A stretch of DNA of 64,000 bases from an uncultured virus (IMG/VR IMGVR_UViG_3300032221_000327) (IMGVR_UViG_3300032221_000327), one strand, 5' to 3'. Shown: positions 16,317 to 26,031, counted from the stretch's first letter. A program made the numbers and translations. The notes: a model not told the origin generated them from the letters alone.

Positions 16317-18377
16317 ATGGCACCAATGAGCGAGGTTACGGGGGATCTAGGACATTTTGTAGGCGATGGGACAAGGGTGGATGGCCTTGCCAACGTGCTC
16401 ACTGGCATGGGTACCAGTCGAGACAAGAGCCAGTACACCAGCACTCAACCATTGGTCTTCTTGAATCAAGTGGACCTTGAAAACCTATATGGCGAGTGGA
16501 TCCCGAAGCGGATCGTTGACATTGTGGCCGAGCAGTCCACACGCAAGGGCTTTCGCGTGCTGTTTGGTGGGGATGGTGCCGCCGCCGAGGAAGTGACTGG
16601 CATTGAGCAAGTGATCGAAGAGCTGTACCTGCTGGAGCATCTGATGCACGCCAGCAAGAACGCCAGGCTGTATGGAGGCGCTGCACTGCTGCTCTACATC
16701 AACGATGGGCGTTCCGCAGAGCAACCTGTGGACTTCAACAACATTCAAGAAGTGGAAGGCATGGAAGTGCTTGACCGCTGGCAGATTGCTCCCATCATCA
16801 CAGAAGCAAGCCTCTACGACTACTCCAAGGCAACGTACTACCAGATCATTGCTGGTGACTTGATAAACCAGCCGCAACTGCAAAAGATCCACAAGGATCG
16901 CATCTTGCGCTTTGATGGGGAGTGGCTGCCGTATCGAGTGAGGCAAAGGAACTATGGATGGGGAATGAGTAGTTTGCAGGCCATCTACGACAGCTTCCGT
17001 CTCTATTGGACTGGCCTTAATTCTGCTGGCACCGTACTGGTTGAGTTTGACGTTTTCGTGCATAAGCTGCGCGGCCTGTCGCAGATGCTCGCTGCCGGCA
17101 AGGAGAAAGATGTACAGAATCGGCTGGTGCTAAACGACATGAGCAAGAGCATCTATCGCGGCTATGCGATTGATGCGGACAAGGAAGAACTGGACTATGT
17201 GACGCGCAACTTGTCGGGCATTGGCGAGATTCTGGAGAAACTGCGCGTGGACATTATCGGCGCTTCACAGATTCCCCACACCATCCTGTTTGGTGAAAGC
17301 CCCAGTGGGCTTGGCTCCACGGGGCGCAGTGAAGAACGGGACTTCGCCAAGATGCTGGGCGACTACCAGGCCAGTCACTACAAGAGGCCGTTGCAGAAGT
17401 TGATGCGCATGATCCTGCTCAGCAAGACAGGCCCCACTCGCGGGAAGCTGCCGGAGTCGTGGCGCATTTCCTTCAATGATCTGTTTGAGCTGAACGAGCG
17501 GGAGTCAGCAGATGTGCGGGCCCGTACTGCGGCAACGGATGGACGCTACCTGCAGCTTGGCGTGCTGCACCCCGAGGAAGTACGACAGGCACGCTATGGC
17601 GGCTCGGAGTGGTCTATGGAAATCGCCCTGGATCCATCGTTGAAGGCCAACCCAGCGATGCTGCAGAAACCTGGGCAGGGCGTACCCCCAGGAGGCCGCA
17701 ATCCATTGGACGAACAAAACGGCACCTTGCCGATTGATGGCACCAGGGAAGTGGCGGATGAAGCTGGCCTATATCCCGCTGGCAGCCTGAAGCATGAGCG
17801 GGGCGATGTGCAATTCACGGACAAGTCGCTCCATGGGCAGGCTGTCGCCGCTGCTAAGGCAAAGTTCAAGGTGTGGCCCAGTGCCTATGCCAGTGGCTAC
17901 GTCGTGCAGCACTACAAGGACTTGTACCGGCGTAAGCATGGTTCACTGTCTGGTGCGTTCAGGAGCGATGGGCAAGATGTGGCTGAGGATGATCTGGCGG
18001 AATGGTTCAAGGAGCAGTGGGTGAGGCTGACCAGCAGTGGCGAGATTGCTGGCCCCTGCGGAGGACGATCAGAAGGCGAGGGCAAGCCAAAGTGTCTGCC
18101 GAAAGCCAAGGCAGAGGGCATGAGCAAGGAAGAACGGCAGCGTATTGTCGCCAGGAAGCGCAAGGCTGACCCTGACCCTGATCGCCGTGGCGCCGCGAAG
18201 ATGGTCAGCAGCAAGACTGATGCCATCGACCCCATGAAGGTGGAAGGCATGATCCTGCCGCCCGACGACGAAGTGGCCTTCATTTCACCGGAGGATGTAG
18301 AGGAAGCAGTCAAGCAATGGAAGGAAGAGGCACCAGCCCGCTTCAAGGACATTCTGGAAGCCGACAATGCTGAATGA
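16317..18377 (+). CDS. portal protein (DUF1073-type) with C-terminal accessory domains
   Basis: DGLANVLTGMG, RLYGGA, IHKDRILRF, IPHTILFGESPSGLGSTG; ~230-aa extension containing WPSAYASG and LAEWFKEQWV…CLP (DUF5872-like). Confidence 0.88.
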   Translation: MAPMSEVTGDLGHFVGDGTRVDGLANVLTGMGTSRDKSQYTSTQPLVFLNQVDLENLYGEWIPKRIVDIVAEQSTRKGFRVLFGGDGAAAEEVTGIEQVIEELYLLEHLMHASKNARLYGGAALLLYINDGRSAEQPVDFNNIQEVEGMEVLDRWQIAPIITEASLYDYSKATYYQIIAGDLINQPQLQKIHKDRILRFDGEWLPYRVRQRNYGWGMSSLQAIYDSFRLYWTGLNSAGTVLVEFDVFVHKLRGLSQMLAAGKEKDVQNRLVLNDMSKSIYRGYAIDADKEELDYVTRNLSGIGEILEKLRVDIIGASQIPHTILFGESPSGLGSTGRSEERDFAKMLGDYQASHYKRPLQKLMRMILLSKTGPTRGKLPESWRISFNDLFELNERESADVRARTAATDGRYLQLGVLHPEEVRQARYGGSEWSMEIALDPSLKANPAMLQKPGQGVPPGGRNPLDEQNGTLPIDGTREVADEAGLYPAGSLKHERGDVQFTDKSLHGQAVAAAKAKFKVWPSAYASGYVVQHYKDLYRRKHGSLSGAFRSDGQDVAEDDLAEWFKEQWVRLTSSGEIAGPCGGRSEGEGKPKCLPKAKAEGMSKEERQRIVARKRKADPDPDRRGAAKMVSSKTDAIDPMKVEGMILPPDDEVAFISPEDVEEAVKQWKEEAPARFKDILEADNAE

Positions 18378-19041
18378 TCTCAGCTCATTTTCCGCCACCA
18401 TTGAGGCTCGATTTGATGCGCAGTGGTCGTTTGACCCACGGACGGGCCGCTACCGCAATGAACAAGGGCGCTTCCTGAGCCAGAAGGCTGTTGAGGCACT
18501 GGTGGACGGCAAGATTGCCGCGATGGAGCGGAGTGTGCGGCGCTACACCAAGATGCTGGCTGAGGGCAGCATCACGCTGGATCAATGGCAAGGCAGCATG
18601 AGGGAAGCTATCAAGGCGGCCCACATTCAGGCAGCCATTGTGGGCCACGGTGGGCGCACGGGCATGAGCAGCAGTGACTATGGAAGGGTGGGGCAGCGAT
18701 TGAGGCAGGAATACGCCTACCTGCAGAACTTCGCCCTTGACATGCTGGAGCAGCGCATGTCTGCCCCTATGGCCATGGCGAGGGCTTCGCTGTATGCGCA
18801 GAGCGTGCGGGGCTCCTTCTGGGAGGGTGGTGCCATCAGGCAGGAGAAGCAGGGCTTCAGCCTTATGAAGCGACTGCTGGACGCCCAAGCGCAGCACTGC
18901 GAAGACTGCCTCGCCTATGCCAGCCGGGGAATCGTGCCGATTGGCTCAGTGCCGCTGCCGGGGCAGCGTTGTGCTTGCAGGGCACGTTGCCGCTGTGGCG
19001 TGCAGTATTTCAGGCAGCAGGCGCCAGTGTCTCCAGTGTGA
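18367..19041 (+). CDS. head morphogenesis / minor capsid protein
   Basis: Follows portal; C-terminal HCEDC…PLPGQRCACRARCRC. Confidence 0.75.
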   Translation: MLNDLSSFSATIEARFDAQWSFDPRTGRYRNEQGRFLSQKAVEALVDGKIAAMERSVRRYTKMLAEGSITLDQWQGSMREAIKAAHIQAAIVGHGGRTGMSSSDYGRVGQRLRQEYAYLQNFALDMLEQRMSAPMAMARASLYAQSVRGSFWEGGAIRQEKQGFSLMKRLLDAQAQHCEDCLAYASRGIVPIGSVPLPGQRCACRARCRCGVQYFRQQAPVSPV

Positions 19042-19043
19042 GC

Positions 19044-19072
19044 TTGACAGGGGAGCAGGCTGCCGTTAGCGT
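19044..19072 (+). promoter_or_regulatory. sigma70-type promoter
   Basis: TTGACA-N17-TAGCGT. Confidence 0.55.
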
Positions 19073-19093
19073 TGGCGCAGTTCCTGACCAAGC

Positions 19094-19414
19094 GTGACTC
19101 ACAAGCTGACAAGACCAAGCATGGCTAGGAGAGCAGCGAGGCGGTTGCGCGTGATGTGGCGCGAACTGAAGTTTGAGTGGTACATACTGGAGAATCGGTG
19201 GTGTCTGCTGCTTGATGCGCCTTGGCTCCAAGCCGTTCGAGAGAGGGCGTTCACCTTTGTCTCCTTTTTCGTTACGTTCCTCGTCTACATAGGCTCCCTT
19301 GTTGGCTTTTTGGCGCTCCTGCCATTGATGACCCCCGTGCAAGCGTTCTTCGGGGTGTGTCTGCTTATGGCTGCATTGGCCACTTTGGCCTGCTACTCTG
19401 GAAGAGATCGGTAG
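19094..19414 (+). CDS. small membrane protein
   Basis: Two C-terminal hydrophobic segments. Confidence 0.6.
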   Translation: MTHKLTRPSMARRAARRLRVMWRELKFEWYILENRWCLLLDAPWLQAVRERAFTFVSFFVTFLVYIGSLVGFLALLPLMTPVQAFFGVCLLMAALATLACYSGRDR

Positions 19415-19493
19415 AACACAGCCTTGTAGTCGCAGCGATTCGCGGCCCCTGTATAAACGGTCGGTATCATGGCCACAGTTCATTGTTTCCCTT

Positions 19494-20735
19494 GTGGCCA
19501 AGATTCTTTACTGCGGCGACATTGGCGTGCAAACCGGCTTTGGGCGTGTGGCCGAATACCTTGTCCCAGCCTTGGCCAAGGAGCATGAGGTTCATGCGCT
19601 AGCTGTCAACTGGCACGGCGATCCCAGTCCAATGCAGCAGCACTGCGCCATGTATCCAGCGCAGGCCCACGGCTCGGACCCGTTCGGCTCGCACCGCATT
19701 GCCAGTATGGTGCAACAACTGAAGCCTGACTTGGTGTTCATTGTCAATGACATTTGGGTGGCAATTTCGCTATACGATCAAATCGAAGGACTGAAGAAAG
19801 ACATTCCATTCAAGAGCTGCATCTACACTCCCATCGACTCCTACGGATTGTTCCCTGAACTGTTGCCCGCAGTAGAGAAGTGGGACCAGATGATTACCTA
19901 CACGCACTTTGGCGCCCATGAAATTGCCCGCATGGGTTATCAGCGGCCCGTGCCAGTGATTGGCCATGGCACGGACTTCTCCAAGTTCTTCCCCCTGGAC
20001 AAGCAGCAGTGCCGCCGTTCGCTGGGCCTCCCTGAAGACGCCTTTATCGTGTTCAATGGCAACCGCAACCAGCCACGGAAACGCATCGACTTGACCATCA
20101 AAGGCTTTGTTGAGTTTGCCCTGGACAAGCCTGATGCCCGCCTGTGGCTGCACATGGGCGTGAAGGATATGGGCTGGGAGATTGTGCCGCTGTTCCGGCG
20201 AGTGGCGCGTGACATGGGCTACGACGCCACCAATAAGCTCATCCTGAGCGGCCCGCACTTCTCCACTGCGAATTGCCTTTCCATTGAAAAGCTCAATGAA
20301 GTGTATAACGCTGTGGACATTGGCGTGAATACTTGCATTGGCGAGGGCTGGGGCCTGGTCAATACTGAGCACGCTGCAACTGGCGTTGCGCAAGTGGTGC
20401 CAGACCACACAAGCCTGCAGGAAATCTTCACCAACACACCTCGTATCCAGTGCAACGCACAGGCCACTGATTGCAACTATGGGTTGGAGCGCCTGCTGCC
20501 TGACCCTTCCAGCTTGGCGGCCATCCTGAACGGCTACTACAACGATCGGGAGCGACTGGCTGCTGATGGGCAATGGTGCAAGCAGCGCATCGAGGAGCCG
20601 CAGTTCACTTGGCCTGTCATTCAACAGGCGATGCTGGGCGTGGTGGCTGATCTGCTGGCGCCACAGCCTGTCGCGCAGGACTTCAAGGGCTTTGGGCAGC
20701 CTCCTGCCCTGCAAGCAGCAGTGAAGGTGGCCTGA
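19494..20735 (+). CDS. GT-B fold glycosyltransferase (GT4-like)
   Basis: TGFGRVA, HGTD, NRNQPRKRID, GEGWGLVNTE. Confidence 0.9.
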   Translation: MAKILYCGDIGVQTGFGRVAEYLVPALAKEHEVHALAVNWHGDPSPMQQHCAMYPAQAHGSDPFGSHRIASMVQQLKPDLVFIVNDIWVAISLYDQIEGLKKDIPFKSCIYTPIDSYGLFPELLPAVEKWDQMITYTHFGAHEIARMGYQRPVPVIGHGTDFSKFFPLDKQQCRRSLGLPEDAFIVFNGNRNQPRKRIDLTIKGFVEFALDKPDARLWLHMGVKDMGWEIVPLFRRVARDMGYDATNKLILSGPHFSTANCLSIEKLNEVYNAVDIGVNTCIGEGWGLVNTEHAATGVAQVVPDHTSLQEIFTNTPRIQCNAQATDCNYGLERLLPDPSSLAAILNGYYNDRERLAADGQWCKQRIEEPQFTWPVIQQAMLGVVADLLAPQPVAQDFKGFGQPPALQAAVKVA

Positions 20736-20737
20736 TC

Positions 20738-21445
20738 ATGCAAGTATCCCAAATCTTCCTGACGGACAGTGGCGGCAATGAAGTGCCGCCCGTGCTGAGC
20801 CAGTTCAATTCAACAGTGCAGGCTGGCTTTGCGCTGCCTTACGTGCGCTACAACAATGCCACATTGCGGGCGTTCATGGTTGAGCACTATGACGAGCGAG
20901 TGGTGGCAGCCTATGACAAGCTCCGCTCCTATTCCAACAAGGCTGACCTGGGGCGTTATGCCCTGCTCCATGCCTTAGGGGGCTGGTACTTTGACATGGG
21001 CATCCGTTTGCATACGCCCGTGGAACTGGCAGAGCACATTGACATGGTGGCCTTCCGCGAAATCCAGAAGTTCACTGGCACTTGCTGGGCGTGCATGACA
21101 GCAGTGATCTTTTCCAAGCCTGGTAACCCTGCACTGCGCTATGCCATTGATCAAGTGGTGGAGAATGTCGAGAACGCTTACTACGGCATCACTCCATTGT
21201 CCCCCACTGCTACGCCCGTGCTGGGGCAGGCACTGGCGAAGCATGGTGAGCACGCTGGCATTGTCTACGGGGACTTTCTGCAACTCACACCCACGCATGA
21301 GAAGCAGAACACTGCTTTTGTGCTGCCGGATGGCACCATCCTGGCCTGGGGCAAACCGGCTGGTGGTGGTGATTTATCAGCACTGGGCGCTAAGGGAACC
21401 AACAACTACAATGTGCTGTGGCAACAACGGAGTCTCTACGCATGA
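20738..21445 (+). CDS. GT-A fold glycosyltransferase (GT32/capsule-synthesis-like)
   Basis: ADLGRYALLHALGGWYFD. Confidence 0.8.
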   Translation: MQVSQIFLTDSGGNEVPPVLSQFNSTVQAGFALPYVRYNNATLRAFMVEHYDERVVAAYDKLRSYSNKADLGRYALLHALGGWYFDMGIRLHTPVELAEHIDMVAFREIQKFTGTCWACMTAVIFSKPGNPALRYAIDQVVENVENAYYGITPLSPTATPVLGQALAKHGEHAGIVYGDFLQLTPTHEKQNTAFVLPDGTILAWGKPAGGGDLSALGAKGTNNYNVLWQQRSLYA

Positions 21446-22056
21446 AGCACTTTCTGGACTTCGGCACCCATTACTTCAGGGATTCAGCCTGCGGCAATGG
21501 CATCTTGCAGTTTGAGCGCAGTGGTTACTTTGGCCCAGAGGTGCCTCACCAGTGGAACGTCTACACGTTTGAGGCGTCCAAGCAAATCGCCGCCGATAAC
21601 GCCGCTTACATTCAACCCATTGCCGATCGCTTTACCGGCTTTCAAGCCTTCCACGCAGCAGTGGCAAGCTATGACGGTACGATTGCATTTCGATGGTGCC
21701 CCAACTACGAGGGCGGATCAAACTGCCTGTCCATGCACATCGCGGAAGTGATTGAGCATGGCGCCGAGGAATACGAAGTGGAGGCCATGGATGCAGGGCG
21801 CATTGTCCGTGAGATTGTGGCTCAAGATCCCAATGCGGAACTGACCATTAAGTGCGACATTGAGGGCAGTGAGTTTACGGTTTTGCCTCGTATTTTGGAG
21901 ATTGAAGGCGTTGGCCGATGGGTGAAGGAGATATTCGTTGAGTGGCATCATCGGTTTTGGCGCGACTCCGAGGATCTTTCATTGATCCTGGGGCTCAAGG
22001 CTAGAATTGAGCAACTATGCGAGCAGCATGGTATTACCTTGCACGACTGGCAATGA
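21442..22056 (+). CDS. FkbM-family methyltransferase
   Basis: FLDFGTH, VYTFEA, IKCDIEGSEF, IFVEWH. Confidence 0.85.
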   Translation: MKHFLDFGTHYFRDSACGNGILQFERSGYFGPEVPHQWNVYTFEASKQIAADNAAYIQPIADRFTGFQAFHAAVASYDGTIAFRWCPNYEGGSNCLSMHIAEVIEHGAEEYEVEAMDAGRIVREIVAQDPNAELTIKCDIEGSEFTVLPRILEIEGVGRWVKEIFVEWHHRFWRDSEDLSLILGLKARIEQLCEQHGITLHDWQ

Positions 22057-22664
22057 CCAAGAAAGAGAAGCAGGCCAAGGTGGCCAAGGTGATGCGGGAG
22101 TTCAAGGCTGGCAAGCTCAAGAGCAGCAGTGGCGGCAAAGTGACCAGCCCGCAACAGGCGCTGGCCATTGCCCTGTCAAAAGCTGGAATGTCCCGCAAGC
22201 CGAAGAAGGACATGAGCGATGAATACTACATGGGCTTTTTCATGGAAATGGCAGGCGAGGAAGAGGAGTCCGAAGAGGATCCCGAGACGGGGGAAGATGA
22301 GCCCGAAGAAGATGGCAGAGACGACGCTGAATCATTCTCTCCTCCATCGTCTGTTCGATCAGCAGCCCGTCGTGGCCTGGAGCTGCGCAAGAAGCATGGC
22401 AGAGGCGGCCTGACCACGCAGGAGGCTGGCAAGCAAGGCATTGGCAGTGGCGTGGCACGGGCTACAAGCCTGGCCAATGGTGAGAAAGTCAGTTACGAGA
22501 CGATCAAGCGCATGGCGGCGTTTTTCTCAAGGCACGAGAAGAACTTTGCTGGAGGAGAAGACGATGCAGGCTTTATTTCAATGTTGCTCTGGGGAGGCGA
22601 TGCAGGGAAGGCTTGGGCGAATCGCATCATTAAGATGGTTGAAAGCCGTTCCGCCAAGCCATGA
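22053..22664 (+). CDS. two-domain head-associated protein (DUF6496-like N-terminus, acidic linker)
   Basis: KVMREFKAGKLKSSSG…QALAIALS; EEEESEED linker; RMAAFFSRH…LWGGDAGKAWA. Confidence 0.7.
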   Translation: MTKKEKQAKVAKVMREFKAGKLKSSSGGKVTSPQQALAIALSKAGMSRKPKKDMSDEYYMGFFMEMAGEEEESEEDPETGEDEPEEDGRDDAESFSPPSSVRSAARRGLELRKKHGRGGLTTQEAGKQGIGSGVARATSLANGEKVSYETIKRMAAFFSRHEKNFAGGEDDAGFISMLLWGGDAGKAWANRIIKMVESRSAKP

Positions 22665-22969
22665 GCGACTATGTGCGCATCGTTGAAGATGAAGACGAAG
22701 AAGGCATTGGCCTACTGAAAGCCCTGGCGATCCTGTCGGGCCATGAGCACCGTGACACTCCCCACTGGCGCCTGGTTGAAGAACAGCGATTCAAGAATGG
22801 CAGACTGGACGAAACCCACATCTTTGTCACCAACCACTACGACAAGCCTCATGAATACTACGAGCCGGTGAAGATGCTGGTGTTTGAGGTGGAGGCGATT
22901 GCCAAGGCATACGTGATGAGCGGTATCGAGAATCAACTGGCTTCTGTTCAGGAAGACGACGAAGACTGA
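22661..22969 (+). CDS. hypothetical acidic protein
   Basis: 102 aa, ATGA-coupled. Confidence 0.65.
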   Translation: MSDYVRIVEDEDEEGIGLLKALAILSGHEHRDTPHWRLVEEQRFKNGRLDETHIFVTNHYDKPHEYYEPVKMLVFEVEAIAKAYVMSGIENQLASVQEDDED

Positions 22970-23232
22970 GCGGCGTGAATGACAAAGTTGGGCATCCCCA
23001 GGAGCCACAGCACCGACAGCCCATAGAGGCCACTGAGGGTAGCCAGTTGCACGGCTGAAGGCTCTGTGATGCCACGTTCCATGCGGCAGTACGTGGAGGC
23101 ACCAATGTGTAGCTCAAGGGCTACATCACGCTGAGACAAACCACTATTGAGCCGAGCGTCTTTCATGCGAGTGGCCACTAACACCTTGCGTTGCCGGTGA
23201 GGCATCCGCAGGGCGTTTTCCTTGCTGGTCAT
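22948..23232 (-). CDS. XRE/Cro-type helix-turn-helix regulator
   Basis: RMKDARLNSGLSQRDVA…STYCRMERGITEPS…WLLG. Confidence 0.85.
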   Translation of the reverse strand: MTSKENALRMPHRQRKVLVATRMKDARLNSGLSQRDVALELHIGASTYCRMERGITEPSAVQLATLSGLYGLSVLWLLGMPNFVIHAAQSSSSS

Positions 23233-23305
23233 TAAGTAACGCACGGTGTTTCGTCACTGGCACAGATACTGTAGCTCATTGTTCCGCAGTGGCTACATTA
23301 GTGCC

Positions 23306-24499
23306 ATGAGCGAAACTTCCTTCCGCTACGACGTTGCGCCCATTGATAAGTACGAAGTGACGCCAGAAGGCTATCTTCGTGCTTGGGCTACCATCGCTCG
23401 CACTGGTGTGCAAATGTACACCGATGCCAATGGTGGTATCCGCAGGGAGTACCGGCCCGAGGAAGAAGTGGCGTCTCCCGAAAGCCTTGCTTCTTTTGCT
23501 GGCAAAGTAGTCACTGACGAACATCCGCCAAAGCTGCTCAACAGCACCAACACCGACGAGTTCCAGAAGGGCTTTGCCGGCACTGAAATTGTCTATGACA
23601 ATGGATTGGTGCGAGCAGTGGTGACTGTCACCAATCAAAGCCTGATCGACAAGATCATGCGTGGTGACGCCAAGGAAGTGAGTGCAGGATACCGTGTGGA
23701 CTTTGACCCAACTCCCGGCACAACCGAGAGCGGTGAAGTGTACGACGGTATCCAGCGCAAGATCATGGGCAATCACATTGCCGTGGTCAAGCGTGGCCGT
23801 GCAGGCCCTGATGTCAAGCTGCATCTTGACCGTATGGATGCCGCTGCCCCATCACTTTTACCAACCAAGGAGACACAACCGATGACTGCACAAGTCAATT
23901 TTGATGGTGTTTCTTTTGAAGTGTCCGAAGGCATTGCCACGGCTATCGCCAAAGAGCGCGACGACGCCAAGGTTTCCTACGAAGACATGAAGAAGAAATA
24001 CGATGATCTGATGGCTGATGCTTCCAAGATGAAGGAAGAAATGGATGCCATGGAAAAGGAGCTGACCGGCAAGATGGACGCTGCTGAAGGGCGTGCTGAT
24101 GCCCTGGAGCAGGAGCTGGGTGAAGCCCGCGCTGCCCTGGATGCCGCTGGTCAAGTGGACCTGAGCGCCATGGTGGATGAGCGGATTGCGCTCATTGACA
24201 AGGCTCGCCCGTCCCTCGATAGCGACTATGACTTCTCGGGCAAGAACACCCGCGAAATCATGGAAGCCGCTATCTCCGCAGTGCGCGGCGATTCCGTTGC
24301 CCTCACCGATCGTTCCGACGATTACGTGCAGGCAATGTTCGACGCCCTGACCGATGCCCCGGCCCGCAAGGATTCTTCCACTCGCCCCCTGCGTGAAGCC
24401 GTTGCCTCCATCGCCTCTCCTGCTTCTGCTCCGGCGGCTTACGTCGAGCAAGTGCAGAACGCTTGGAAGAAGCCTCTTTCCGTTACCAAGGAGAACTGA
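23306..24499 (+). CDS. prohead protease/scaffold (DUF2213)
   Basis: TPEGYL, IARTGVQ, VTDEHP, EVSAGY, NHIAVVKRGRAG; coiled-coil C-terminal half. Confidence 0.88.
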   Translation: MSETSFRYDVAPIDKYEVTPEGYLRAWATIARTGVQMYTDANGGIRREYRPEEEVASPESLASFAGKVVTDEHPPKLLNSTNTDEFQKGFAGTEIVYDNGLVRAVVTVTNQSLIDKIMRGDAKEVSAGYRVDFDPTPGTTESGEVYDGIQRKIMGNHIAVVKRGRAGPDVKLHLDRMDAAAPSLLPTKETQPMTAQVNFDGVSFEVSEGIATAIAKERDDAKVSYEDMKKKYDDLMADASKMKEEMDAMEKELTGKMDAAEGRADALEQELGEARAALDAAGQVDLSAMVDERIALIDKARPSLDSDYDFSGKNTREIMEAAISAVRGDSVALTDRSDDYVQAMFDALTDAPARKDSSTRPLREAVASIASPASAPAAYVEQVQNAWKKPLSVTKEN

Positions 24500-24502
24500 T
24501 CC

Positions 24503-25060
24503 ATGGCTGTCACTTTTACCACTTCTGGGACTGCCACTGCCGGCGGCGTGCAACAGGCTTATGGCCTCATTCACGACGCCCTGCTGGAAGGCCAACTGTC
24601 CGACATGCGGGACAACACCATTGGCTCCTATGTCAATGAAACTGGTGCCGTGATTGCCTTTGGCAACATCGTCACCTACGCCTCCGGCGGCACCGTCCCC
24701 AATTCCGCCAAGACCATCGGCGCCACTGGCGAAACCGTGCTCGGCGTCAACGTGCTCACCTACGTGGACGAAACCGCTGAAGACGGCAACAGCCGCCCCG
24801 GCGTGAAGGCCACTCAGGCCATGAACGTCCTGAACGAAGGCGCAGTGGCCATGTACGTCCATGGCAACGTGGATCCTTCCACTGCTGTGCGCGTCATTCA
24901 CACCGCTACCGGCGTGCGTTATGCCGGTCAACTGCTTGCCAGTGGCCTCAGTGGTCGCACGGCTCGCCTGTCCAATGCTCGCTATCTCAATTCCGTCACC
25001 GGCTCCGGCCTGGCGATCGTTGAACTGAATGGCCCGAGCTTCACTCTCACCGCTGACTGA
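24503..25060 (+). CDS. capsid decoration/cement protein
   Basis: Beta-rich protein between scaffold and capsid genes. Confidence 0.75.
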   Translation: MAVTFTTSGTATAGGVQQAYGLIHDALLEGQLSDMRDNTIGSYVNETGAVIAFGNIVTYASGGTVPNSAKTIGATGETVLGVNVLTYVDETAEDGNSRPGVKATQAMNVLNEGAVAMYVHGNVDPSTAVRVIHTATGVRYAGQLLASGLSGRTARLSNARYLNSVTGSGLAIVELNGPSFTLTAD

Positions 25061-25075
25061 TAGGAGGTTCCAACA

Positions 25076-25981
25076 ATGTCTGAATTTCGCATGGACGAGG
25101 CGGGCCTGTTTCTTGAGCGTCAGCTTGAGCACATCCGCCCTCAGGTGTTTGAGACTCAGTACGCTGACATCAAATACCCCACCATCCTGCCTGTGACCAG
25201 CGAAGCTGGTAACGCAGCGCAAACCTTCACCTACCGAGTGATGGACAGCACTGGCGAGTTCCGCCTGATTGCTGACGCCGCTGACGATCTGCCCCGCGCT
25301 GACGTTAGCCAGGTGGAGAAGACCATCCCCATCCGTTCGTTCGGTGGTTCTTTCGGTTACACCGTGCAAGAACTGCGGGCTGCCCAAATGGCCAACGTGG
25401 CCCTGGAGCAGCGTCGTGCCGCCGCTGTGCGCCGCGCCTACGAAGAGAAGGTGGAAAGCATCGCCATGTTTGGCGAAAGCTCCGCTGGCCTGGGTGGGTT
25501 CTTCAACAACCCCACCGTTGACGTTCTGGTGGCCGACAAGTGGTTCGGCGGCGCCACCACGGCTCCTGAAATGCTGGAAATCCTGAACTATGGCGTGACT
25601 GCCATTGTTGGCGATTCCAACATGGTGGAAGCTCCTGACACCATCCTGATGCCCTATGAGGACTTTCGGATTGTCAGCACCACCCGCAACTCGGACTCCT
25701 CGGATGTGACCGTGCTGGAATACTTCCTGCGCACCAACTCCTACATCCGCAACATCGAGCCCATCAACCAGCTCGATAAGGACAAGAGCGTGCTCAACAC
25801 CAACCGCCTGGTGGTGTACAAGCGCGATCCCCAGAAGGTGCAACTGCACATTCCTCAGCCGCTTGAGCTGTTCCCGCCCCAGCAACGTGGTCTGGAGTTC
25901 ATCGTTCCCGCCCATGCCCGTGTTGGTGGCGTTGCTCTGTACTTCCCCAAGAGCGTGAAGTACGTCCAGGCTGCCTCCTGA
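25076..25981 (+). CDS. major capsid protein (DUF2184/linocin-like HK97 fold)
   Basis: FLERQLEHI, DDLPRADV, FGYTVQELRAA, PDTILMP, GGVALYFP; strong codon bias. Confidence 0.92.
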   Translation: MSEFRMDEAGLFLERQLEHIRPQVFETQYADIKYPTILPVTSEAGNAAQTFTYRVMDSTGEFRLIADAADDLPRADVSQVEKTIPIRSFGGSFGYTVQELRAAQMANVALEQRRAAAVRRAYEEKVESIAMFGESSAGLGGFFNNPTVDVLVADKWFGGATTAPEMLEILNYGVTAIVGDSNMVEAPDTILMPYEDFRIVSTTRNSDSSDVTVLEYFLRTNSYIRNIEPINQLDKDKSVLNTNRLVVYKRDPQKVQLHIPQPLELFPPQQRGLEFIVPAHARVGGVALYFPKSVKYVQAAS

Positions 25982-26031
25982 GCCTGACAAGATTCGGGGC
26001 GTTAAGCTATTGGCAGTTTGTTTTCCGACAG

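Noticed and set aside
16317..17690. Anti-CBASS Acb1 nuclease (label often attached to this portal family)
   Set aside because: No paired HxT/S phosphoesterase motifs seen; sequence and position fit a portal
25076..25981. Encapsulin / bacteriocin locus
   Set aside because: Linocin-like fold here sits in a full head-tail operon, so it is the phage capsid
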